Source: the human T2T-CHM13v2.0 reference genome, Homo sapiens. From it: DNA of 64,000 bases. The stretch lies in the NCBI RefSeq assembly GCF_009914755.1, contig NC_060933.1; one strand, given 5' to 3'. Below, piece after piece: positions 50,501 to 62,100 of this stretch (position 1 is its first letter; the number at the start of each line of letters is the position of its first letter). The position numbers and the translations under genes are program-made. The notes below the pieces were generated by a model that was not told the DNA's origin, did not search any database, and saw only the letters and a program-made list of their open reading frames with translations.

Positions 50501-53159
50501 GCAAGGTTTAAATCACGTTTGTCATCAGTTCAGGGATATGTGAAAACGCCCCTGGAGGCAGGGCCTAGACAACAGTTATATCCCCTAATGATCAGTGCAG
50601 AGATATTTCACAATACTCCTGTTGGCAGATCCTAGACAAGAGTTGAATCACCTGGGTGATCAGTGCAGAGATATGTCACAAAGCTCCTGTAGGCAGAACT
50701 TAGATGAGTTACATCACTTGGGTGATCAGTGCAAAGCTATGTCTCAAAGCCCCCTGTATGCAAAGCCTATACAATATTTTCATCACTTACTTTGCTGACC
50801 AGTGGCGAGATCTCTCACAATTCCCCTGTAGGCAGAGCTTATACAACAGTTACATCACCTGAGTGATCAGTGCAGAGGTATGTCACAATGCCCACATAGG
50901 CAGACCCAAGACAAGAGTCCGTCACCTGGGTGATCAGAGTAGAGATATGTGAGAATTCCCGTGTAGGTAGAGCCTCGACAAGTGTTACATAACCTAGGTT
51001 ATCAGTGCCACTATAAATCATAAAGAATCCTGTAGGCAGTGCATAGACAAGAGTACCCTCCCCAGAGTGATCAGTGCAGAGAGGTGTCACAAAACCCATG
51101 TAGGCAGAGCCTAGACAAGAGTTTCATCACTTGGTTGATCAGTTCAGAGATGTGTCAAAATGTCCATGTAGGCAGATCTAAGACAAAGTCCATCACCAGG
51201 GTGATCAGTGAAGGGATATGTAGTAATGTCCCATGTAGTCAGTGCCTAGACAAGAGTTGCCTCACGTCAGAGATCAGTGCAGAGATATGTCACAAAGCCT
51301 TCTGTAGGCAAAGCCCATACAAGGCTTACATCACCTAGGTGATCAATACAGTGATATGTCACAAAAGTCCCTGTAAACAGAGGCTAGAAAAGAGTTACAT
51401 CACCTGGTTGTTCAGTGCAGATATTTGACACAATGCCCCCATAGACAGAACCTAGACAAGACTTCCATCACCTGGGTGATCAGTGCAGAGATATGTCACA
51501 AATCCCCCTGTAGGCAGAGTATAGAGAAGAGTCCCATCACCTGGGTGATCAGTGCAGTGATATTTCACAAAGCCCCTGTAGGCAGAGTGGTCAAGAGTTA
51601 CATAACCTAGGTGATCTGTGCAGAGCTATGTCAAAACGCCCCTGTAGGCAGAGCCCAGATAAATGTTACATCACCTGGGAGATTAGTGCATAGATACGTC
51701 ACAATACCCCCTGTAGGTGGAGCCTAGAAAAGAGTTAGATCACCTGGGTGATCAGTGCAGAGATACGTCACAATAACCCCTGTAGGTGGAGCCTAGACAA
51801 GAGTTACATCACCTGGGTGATCAGTACAGAAATATGTCACGAAGCCCCTGTAGGCCAAGCCGAGACAAGGATTACATCTCCTGGGTAATCAGTGCAGAAA
51901 TATGTCACATAGCCCTGTAGGCCGAGCCAAGACAAGAGTTACATCTCCTGGGTGATCAGTGCAAAGATATGTCACAAAGCCTCCTGCAGACATATCCCAG
52001 AAAATTGGGACATCACCTTGGCGATCAGTGGAGATATCTGTCACAATCCCCTTTAGGCGCAGTGTAGACAAGCGTTACATCAGATGAGTGATCAGTGGAG
52101 ACATATGTCACTGTGCCCCCATAGGCTGATCCAAGAGAAGAGTCCGTCACCTGGGTGATCAGTGCAGAAATATGCCACAATGCCGCCACTGGGCAGATAT
52201 AGACAATTATTACAGCACCTGTGTGATCACTTCAGAGATATGTCAAAATGCCCCTGTAGGCAGAGCCTAGACAAGAGTCTCATCACCTGGGTTATCAGTG
52301 CAGAGTTATGTCACAATGCCTCCTTTTGGCAGAGCCTAGACAAAGGTTACATCACCTGGGAGATCAGGGCAGAGATATGTCACAAAGCCACCTGTAAGCA
52401 GATCCCAGACACTAGTTGCATAACCTCGGTGATCAGTGCAGAGATATGACTCAAAACACCCTGTCGGCGAAGCCTATACGAGAGTTTCATAATATCGGTG
52501 ATCGGTGCACTGATATGTTAACATGCCCCTGTAGGCAGAGGCTTGACAAGAGTTACATCACCTGGGTGATCAGTGCAGAGATATCTCACAATAACCCTGT
52601 AAGCAGAGCCAAGACAAGAGTTACATCACCTGCGAGATAAGTGCAGAGATATGTCATAAATCTCACAGAAGGCAAAGCCTAGACAAGTTTTACATCACCT
52701 CAGCGAGCAGTGCAGCGATATTTCCCAATGTCCCTCTAGGCAGAGCTTAGACAAGAGTCACATGTCCTGGGTGATCAGTGCAGAGATAAGTAACAATGCC
52801 TCCATAGGGAGAGCCTAGATAAGTGTTACATAACCCAGGTGACCCGTGCAGAGTGATGTCACAAAGCCCTCTGTAGGGACAGACTAGAAAGTGTTACATC
52901 ACCTGGGTGATCATCGCAGAGATATGTCACAATGCCCCCTGTAGGCAGAGCATAGACAAGAGTTGCATCACCTGGGTAATCAGTGCAGAGATATGTCACC
53001 ATTTCCCCTGTAGTCAGAGCATAGAGAAGCATAGCATCACCTGGGTGATCATTGCAGAGATATGTCACAATGTCCCCTGTAGGCAAAGCCTAGGCAAGGG
53101 TTACATGGCGTTGGTCATCAGTGCAGGGATATGTGAAAACGACCCTGGAGGCAGGGCCT

Positions 53160-56100
53160 AGGCAACTGTTATATCCCCTAATGATCGGTGCAGAGATATT
53201 TCACAATACTCCTGTAGGCAGATCCTAGTCAAGAGTTGAATCACCTGGGTGGTCAGTGCAGAGATATGTCACAAAGCTCCTGTAGGCAGAACTTAGATGA
53301 GTTACATCACTTGGGTGATCAGGGCAAAGCTATGTCACACAGCCCCCTGTATGCAAAGCCTAGACAATATTTACATCACTTACTTGGGTGATCAGTGGCG
53401 AGATCTCTTACAATTCCCCTGTAGGCAGAGCTTATACAACAGTTTCATCACCTGAGTGATCAGTGCAGAGGTATGTCACAATGCCCCCATAGGCAGATCC
53501 AAGACAAGAGTCCGTCACCTGGGTGATCAGAGCAGAGATATGTGAGAATTCCCGTGTAGGCAGAGCCTCGACAAGTGTTACATAACCTAGGTTATCAGTG
53601 CCTCTATAAATCATAAAGAATTCTGTAGGCAGAGCATAGACAAGAGTACCCTCCCCAGAGTGATCAGTGCAGAGATGTGTCACAAAGCCCATGTAGGCAG
53701 AGCCTTAACAAGAGTTTCATCACTTTGTGGATCAGTTCACAGATGTGTCAAAATGTCCATGTAGGCAGGTCTAAGACAAGAGTCCATCACCCGGGTGATC
53801 AGTGAAGGGATATGTACCAATGTCCCCTGCAGTCAGTGCCTAGACAAGAGTTGCCTCACCTCAGAGATCAGTGCAGAGATATGTCACAAAGCCTCCTGTA
53901 GGCAAAGCCCATACAAGGCTCACATCTCCTAGGTGACCAATACAGTGATATGTCACAAAAGTCCCTGAAGACAGAGCGTAGGAAAGAGTTACATCACCTG
54001 GTTTTTCAGCGCAGATACTTGACACAATGCCCCCATAGACAGAACCTAGACAAGACTTCCATCACCTGGGTGATCAGTGCAGAGATATGTCACAAATCCC
54101 CCTGTAGGCAGAGTATAGAGAAGAGTCCCATCACCTGGGTGATCAGTGCAGTGATATTTCACAAATCCCCTGTGGGCAGAGTGGTCAAGAGTTACATAAC
54201 CTAGGTGGTCTGTGCAGAGCTATGTCAAAATGCCCCTGTAGGCAGAGCCCAGATAAATGTTACATCACCTGGGAGATCAGTGCAGAGATACGTCACAATA
54301 CCCCCTGTAGGTGGAGCCTAGAGAAGAGTTAGATCACCTGGGTGATCAGTGCAGAGATACGTCACAATAACCCCTGTAGGTGGAGCCTAGACAAGAGTTA
54401 CATCACCTGAGTGATCAGTACAGAAATACGTCACAAAGCCGCTGTAGGCCAAGCCTAGACAAGGGTTACATCTCCTGGGTGATCAGTGCAGAAATATGTC
54501 AGAAATCCCTGTAGGCCGACCCAAGACAAGAGTTACATCTCCTGGGTGATCAGTGCAAAGATATGTCACAAAGCCCCCTGCAGACATATCCCAGAAAATT
54601 GGTACATCACCTGGGCGATCAGTGGAGATATCTGTCACAATCCCCTTTAGGCGCAGCTTAGAGAAGCGTTACATCAGATGACTGATCAGTGCAGAGATAT
54701 GTCGCTGTGCCCCCATAGGCAGATCCAAGACAGGAGTCCATCACCTGGCTGATCAGTGCAGAAATATGTCACAATGCCGCCAGTAGGCAGATAAAGACAA
54801 GTATTACATCACCTGTGTGATCACTTCAGAGATATGTCAAAATGCCCCTGTAGGCATAGCCTAGACAAGAGTCTCATCACCTGGGTGATCAGTGCAGAGT
54901 TATGTCACAATGCCTCCCTTTGGCAGAGCCTAGACAAAGGTTACATCACCTGGGTGATTGGGGCAGTGACATGTCACAATGCCACCTGTAAGCAGATCCC
55001 AGACACTAGTGGCATAACCTCGGTGATCAGTGCAGAGATATGTCTCAAAACACCCTGTCGGGGAAGCCTATACAAGAGTTACATAATATCGGTGATCGGT
55101 GCAGTGATATGTTAACATGCCCCTGAAGGCAGAGCCTAGACAAGAGTTACATCACCTGGGTGATCCGTGCAGAGATATCTCACAATAACCCTGTAAGCAG
55201 AGCCAAGACAACAGTTACATCACCAGCGAGATAAGTGCAGAGATATGTCATAAATCTCAAAGAAGGCAAAGCCTAGACAAGTTTTACATCACCTCAGCGA
55301 GCAGTGCAGCGATATTTCCCAATGTCCCTCTAGGCAGAGCTTAGACAAGAGTCACATGTCCTGGGTGATCAGTGCAGAGATAAGTAACAATGCCTCCATA
55401 GGAAGAGCCTAGACAAGAGTTACCTAACCCAGGTGATCCGAACAGAGTGATGTCACAACGCCCTCTGTAGGCACAGACTAGAAAACCGTTACATCACCTG
55501 GGTGATCATCGCAGAGATATGTCACAATGCCCCCTGTAGGCAGAGCATAGACAAGAGTTGCACCACCTGGGTAATCAGTGCAGAGATATGTCACAATTTG
55601 CCCTGTAGTCAGAGCATAGAGAAACGTTGCATCACCTGGGTGATCAGTGCAGAGATATGTCACAATGTCCCCTGTAGGCAAAGGCTAGGCCGAGGGTTAC
55701 ATCGCGTTTGTCATCAGTGCAGGGATATGTGAAAACGACCCTGGAGGCAGGGCTTAGGCGACTGTTATATCCCCTAATGATCGGTGCAGAGATATTTCAC
55801 AATACTCCTGTAGGCAGATCCTAGTCAAGAGTTGAATCACCTGGGTGGTCAGTGCAGAGATATGTCACAAAGCTCCTGTAGGCAGAACTTAGATGAGTTA
55901 CATCACTTGGGTGATCAGGGCAAAGCTATGTCACACAGCCCACTGTATGCAAAGCCTAGACAATATTTACATCACTTACTTGGGTGATCAGTGGCGAGAT
56001 CTCTTACAATTCCCCTGTAGGCAGAGCTTATACAACAGTTTCATCACCTGAGTGATCAGTGCAGAGGTATGTCACAATGCCCCCATAGGCAGATCCAAGA

Positions 56101-59100
56101 CAAGAGTCCGTCACCTGGGTGATCAGAGTAGAGATATGTGAGAATTCCCGTGTAGGCAGAGCCTCGACAAGTTTTACATAACCTAGGTTATCAGTGCCAC
56201 TATAAATCATAAAGAATCCTGTAGGCAGAGCATAGACAAGAGTACCCTCCCCAGAGTGATCAGTGCAGAGATGTGTCACAAAGCCCATGCAGGCAGAGCC
56301 TTGACAAGAGTTTCATCACTTGGTGGATCAGTTCACAGATGTGTCAAAATGTCCATGTAGGCAGGTCTAAGACAAGAGTCCATCACCCGGGTGATCAGTG
56401 AAGGGATATGTACTAATGTCCCCTGCAGTCAGTGCCTAGACAAGAGTTGCCTCACCTCAGAGATCAGTGCAGAGATATGTCACAAAGCCTCCTGTAGGCA
56501 AAGCCCATACAAGGCTCACATCTCCTAGGTGACCAATACAGTGATATGTCACAAAAGTCCCTGAAGACAGAGCGTAGGAAAGAGTTACATCACCTGGTTT
56601 TTCAGCGCAGATACTTGACACAATGCCCCCATAGACAGAACCTAGACAAGACTTCCATCACCTGGGTGATCAGTGCAGAGATATGTCACAAATCCCCCTG
56701 TAGGCAGAGTATAGAGAAGAGTCCCATCACCTGGGTGATCAGTGCAGTGATATTTCACAAATCCCCTGTGGGCAGAGTGGTCAAGAGTTACATAACCTAG
56801 GTGGTCTGTGCAGAGCTATGTCAAAATGCCCCTGTAGGCAGAGCCCAGATAAATGTTACATCACCTGGGAGATCAGTGCAGAGATACGTCACAATACCCC
56901 CTGTAGGTGGAGCCTAGAGAAGAGTTAGATCACCTGGGTGATCAGTGCAGAGATACGTCACAATAACCCCTGTAGGTGGAGCCTAGACAAGAGTTACATC
57001 ACCTGAGTGATCAGTACAGAAATACGTCACAAAGCCGCTGTAGGCCAAGCCTAGACAAGGGTTACATCTCCTGGGTGATCAGTGCAGAAATATGTCAGAA
57101 ATCCCTGTAGGCCGACCCAAGACAAGAGTTACATCTCCTGGGTGATCAGTGCAAAGATATGTCACAAAGCCCCCTGCAGACATATCCCAGAAAATTGGTA
57201 CATCACCTGGGCGATCAGTGGAGATATCTGTCACAATCCCCTTTAGGCGCAGCTTAGAGAAGCGTTACATCAGATGACTGATCAGTGCAGAGATATGTCG
57301 CTGTGCCCCCATAGGCAGATCCAAGACAGGAGTCCATCACCTGGCTGATCAGTGCAGAAATATGTCACAATGCCGCCAGTAGGCAGATAAAGACAAGTAT
57401 TACATCACCTGTGTGATCACTTCAGAGATATGTCAAAATGCCCCTGTAGGCATAGCCTAGACAAGAGTCTCATCACCTGGGTGATCAGTGCAGAGTTATG
57501 TCACAATGCCTCCCTTTGGCAGAGCCTAGACAAAGGTTACATCACCTGGGTGATTGGGGCAGTGACATGTCACAATGCCACCTGTAAGCAGATCCCAGAC
57601 ACTAGTGGCATAACCTCGGTGATCAGTGCAGAGATATGTCTCAAAACACCCTGTCGGGGAAGCCTATACAAGAGTTACATAATATCGGTGATCGGTGCAG
57701 TGATATGTTAACATGCCCCTGAAGGCAGAGCCTAGACAAGAGTTACATCACCTGGGTGATCCGTGCAGAGATATCTCACAATAACCCTGTAAGCAGAGCC
57801 AAGACAACAGTTACATCACCAGCGAGATAAGTGCAGAGATATGTCATAAATCTCAAAGAAGGCAAAGCCTAGACAAGTTTTACATCACCTCAGCGAGCAG
57901 TGCAGCGATATTTCCCAATGTCCCTCTAGGCAGAGCTTAGACAAGAGTCACATGTCCTGGGTGATCAGTGCAGAGATAAGTAACAATGCCTCCATAGGAA
58001 GAGCCTAGACAAGAGTTACCTAACCCAGGTGATCCGAACAGAGTGATGTCACAACGCCCTCTGTAGGCACAGACTAGAAAACCGTTACATCACCTGGGTG
58101 ATCATCGCAGAGATATGTCACAATGCCCCCTGTAGGCAGAGCATAGACAAGAGTTGCACCACCTGGGTAATCAGTGCAGAGATATGTCACAATTTGCCCT
58201 GTAGTCAGAGCATAGAGAAACGTTGCATCACCTGGGTGATCAGTGCAGAGATATGTCACAATGTCCCCTGTAGGCAAAGGCTAGGCCGAGGGTTACATCG
58301 CGTTTGTCATCAGTGCAGGGATATGTGAAAACGACCCTGGAGGCAGGGCTTAGGCGACTGTTATATCCCCTAATGATCGGTGCAGAGATATTTCACAATA
58401 CTCCTGTAGGCAGATCCTAGTCAAGAGTTGAATCACCTGGGTGGTCAGTGCAGAGATATGTCACAAAGCTCCTGTAGGCAGAACTTAGATGAGTTACATC
58501 ACTTGGGTGATCAGGGCAAAGCTATGTCACACAGCCCACTGTATGCAAAGCCTAGACAATATTTACATCACTTACTTGGGTGATCAGTGGCGAGATCTCT
58601 TACAATTCCCCTGTAGGCAGAGCTTATACAACAGTTTCATCACCTGAGTGATCAGTGCAGAGGTATGTCACAATGCCCCCATAGGCAGATCCAAGACAAG
58701 AGTCCGTCACCTGGGTGATCAGAGTAGAGATATGTGAGAATTCCCGTGTAGGCAGAGCCTCGACAAGTTTTACATAACCTAGGTTATCAGTGCCACTATA
58801 AATCATAAAGAATCCTGTAGGCAGAGCATAGACAAGAGTACCCTCCCCAGAGTGATCAGTGCAGAGATGTGTCACAAAGCCCATGCAGGCAGAGCCTTGA
58901 CAAGAGTTTCATCACTTGGTGGATCAGTTCACAGATGTGTCAAAATGTCCATGTAGGCAGGTCTAAGACAAGAGTCCATCACCCGGGTGATCAGTGAAGG
59001 GATATGTACTAATGTCCCCTGCAGTCAGTGCCTAGACAAGAGTTGCCTCACCTCAGAGATCAGTGCAGAGATATGTCACAAAGCCTCCTGTAGGCAAAGC

Positions 59101-62100
59101 CCATACAAGGCTCACATCTCCTAGGTGACCAATACAGTGATATGTCACAAAAGTCCCTGAAGACAGAGCGTAGGAAAGAGTTACATCACCTGGTTTTTCA
59201 GCGCAGATACTTGACACAATGCCCCCATAGACAGAACCTAGACAAGACTTCCATCACCTGGGTGATCAGTGCAGAGATATGTCACAAATCCCCCTGTAGG
59301 CAGAGTATAGAGAAGAGTCCCATCACCTGGGTGATCAGTGCAGTGATATTTCACAAATCCCCTGTGGGCAGAGTGGTCAAGAGTTACATAACCTAGGTGG
59401 TCTGTGCAGAGCTATGTCAAAATGCCCCTGTAGGCAGAGCCCAGATAAATGTTACATCACCTGGGAGATCAGTGCAGAGATACGTCACAATACCCCCTGT
59501 AGGTGGAGCCTAGAGAAGAGTTAGATCACCTGGGTGATCAGTGCAGAGATACGTCACAATAACCCCTGTAGGTGGAGCCTAGACAAGAGTTACATCACCT
59601 GAGTGATCAGTACAGAAATATGTCACAAAGCCGCTGTAGGCCAAGCCTAGACAAGGGTTACATCTCCTGGGTGATCAGTGCAGAAATATGTCAGAAATCC
59701 CTGTAGGCCGACCCAAGACAAGAGTTACATCTCCTGGGTGATCAGTGCAAAGATATGTCACAAAGCCCCCTGCAGACATATCCCAGAAAATTGGTACATC
59801 ACCTGGGCGATCAGTGGAGATATCTGTCACAATCCCCTTTAGGCGCAGCTTAGAGAAGCGTTACATCAGATGACTGATCAGTGCAGAGATATGTCGCTGT
59901 GCCCCCATAGGCAGATCCAAGACAGGAGTCCATCACCTGGCTGATCAGTGCAGAAATATGTCACAATGCCGCCAGTAGGCAGATAAAGACAAGTATTACA
60001 TCACCTGTGTGATCACTTCAGAGATATGTCAAAATGCCCCTGTAGGCATAGCCTAGACAAGAGTCTCATCACCTGGGTGATCAGTGCAGAGTTATGTCAC
60101 AATGCCTCCCTTTGGCAGAGCCTAGACAAAGGTTACATCACCTGGGTGATTGGGGCAGTGACATGTCACAATGCCACCTGTAAGCAGATCCCAGACACTA
60201 GTGGCATAACCTCGGTGATCAGTGCAGAGATATGTCTCAAAACACCCTGTCGGGGAAGCCTATACAAGAGTTACATAATATCGGTGATCGGTGCAGTGAT
60301 ATGTTAACATGCCCCTGAAGGCAGAGCCTAGACAAGAGTTACATCACCTGGGTGATCCGTGCAGAGATATCTCACAATAACCCTGTAAGCAGAGCCAAGA
60401 CAACAGTTACATCACCAGCGAGATAAGTGCAGAGATATGTCATAAATCTCAAAGAAGGCAAAGCCTAGACAAGTTTTACATCACCTCAGCGAGCAGTGCA
60501 GCGATATTTCCCAATGTCCCTCTAGGCAGAGCTTAGACAAGAGTCACATGTCCTGGGTGATCAGTGCAGAGATAAGTAACAATGCCTCCATAGGAAGAGC
60601 CTAGACAAGAGTTACCTAACCCAGGTGATCCGAACAGAGTGATGTCACAACGCCCTCTGTAGGCACAGACTAGAAAACCGTTACATCACCTGGGTGATCA
60701 TCGCAGAGATATGTCACAATGCCCCCTGTAGGCAGAGCATAGACAAGAGTTGCACCACCTGGGTAATCAGTGCAGAGATATGTCACAATTTGCCCTGTAG
60801 TCAGAGCATAGAGAAACGTTGCATCACCTGGGTGATCAGTGCAGAGATATGTCACAATGTCCCCTGTAGGCAAAGGCTAGGCCGAGGGTTACATCGCGTT
60901 TGTCATCAGTGCAGGGATATGTGAAAACGACCCTGGAGGCAGGGCTTAGGCGACTGTTATATCCCCTAATGATCGGTGCAGAGATATTTCACAATACTCC
61001 TGTAGGCAGATCCTAGTCAAGAGTTGAATCACCTGGGTGGTCAGTGCAGAGATATGTCACAAAGCTCCTGTAGGCAGAACTTAGATGAGTTACATCACTT
61101 GGGTGATCAGGGCAAAGCTATGTCACACAGCCCACTGTATGCAAAGCCTAGACAATATTTACATCACTTACTTGGGTGATCAGTGGCGAGATCTCTTACA
61201 ATTCCCCTGTAGGCAGAGCTTATACAACAGTTTCATCACCTGAGTGATCAGTGCAGAGGTATGTCACAATGCCCCCATAGGCAGATCCAAGACAAGAGTC
61301 CGTCACCTGGGTGATCAGAGTAGAGATATGTGAGAATTCCCGTGTAGGCAGAGCCTCGACAAGTTTTACATAACCTAGGTTATCAGTGCCACTATAAATC
61401 ATAAAGAATCCTGTAGGCAGAGCATAGACAAGAGTACCCTCCCCAGAGTGATCAGTGCAGAGATGTGTCACAAAGCCCATGCAGGCAGAGCCTTGACAAG
61501 AGTTTCATCACTTGGTGGATCAGTTCACAGATGTGTCAAAATGTCCATGTAGGCAGGTCTAAGACAAGAGTCCATCACCCGGGTGATCAGTGAAGGGATA
61601 TGTACTAATGTCCCCTGCAGTCAGTGCCTAGACAAGAGTTGCCTCACCTCAGAGATCAGTGCAGAGATATGTCACAAAGCCTCCTGTAGGCAAAGCCCAT
61701 ACAAGGCTCACATCTCCTAGGTGACCAATACAGTGATATGTCACAAAAGTCCCTGAAGACAGAGCGTAGGAAAGAGTTACATCACCTGGTTTTTCAGCGC
61801 AGATACTTGACACAATGCCCCCATAGACAGAACCTAGACAAGACTTCCATCACCTGGGTGATCAGTGCAGAGATATGTCACAAATCCCCCTGTAGGCAGA
61901 GTATAGAGAAGAGTCCCATCACCTGGGTGATCAGTGCAGTGATATTTCACAAATCCCCTGTGGGCAGAGTGGTCAAGAGTTACATAACCTAGGTGGTCTG
62001 TGCAGAGCTATGTCAAAATGCCCCTGTAGGCAGAGCCCAGATAAATGTTACATCACCTGGGAGATCAGTGCAGAGATACGTCACAATACCCCCTGTAGGT

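Larger units (their letters stand above)
30154..52690 (+). repeat. HOR subfamily B block (main, ~8.7 units)
   Basis: B-type words run throughout. The ORF track shows MGFVTPL..., MHNLGD... and ...TWEIRAEIC... only in B sequence. Confidence 0.88.
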
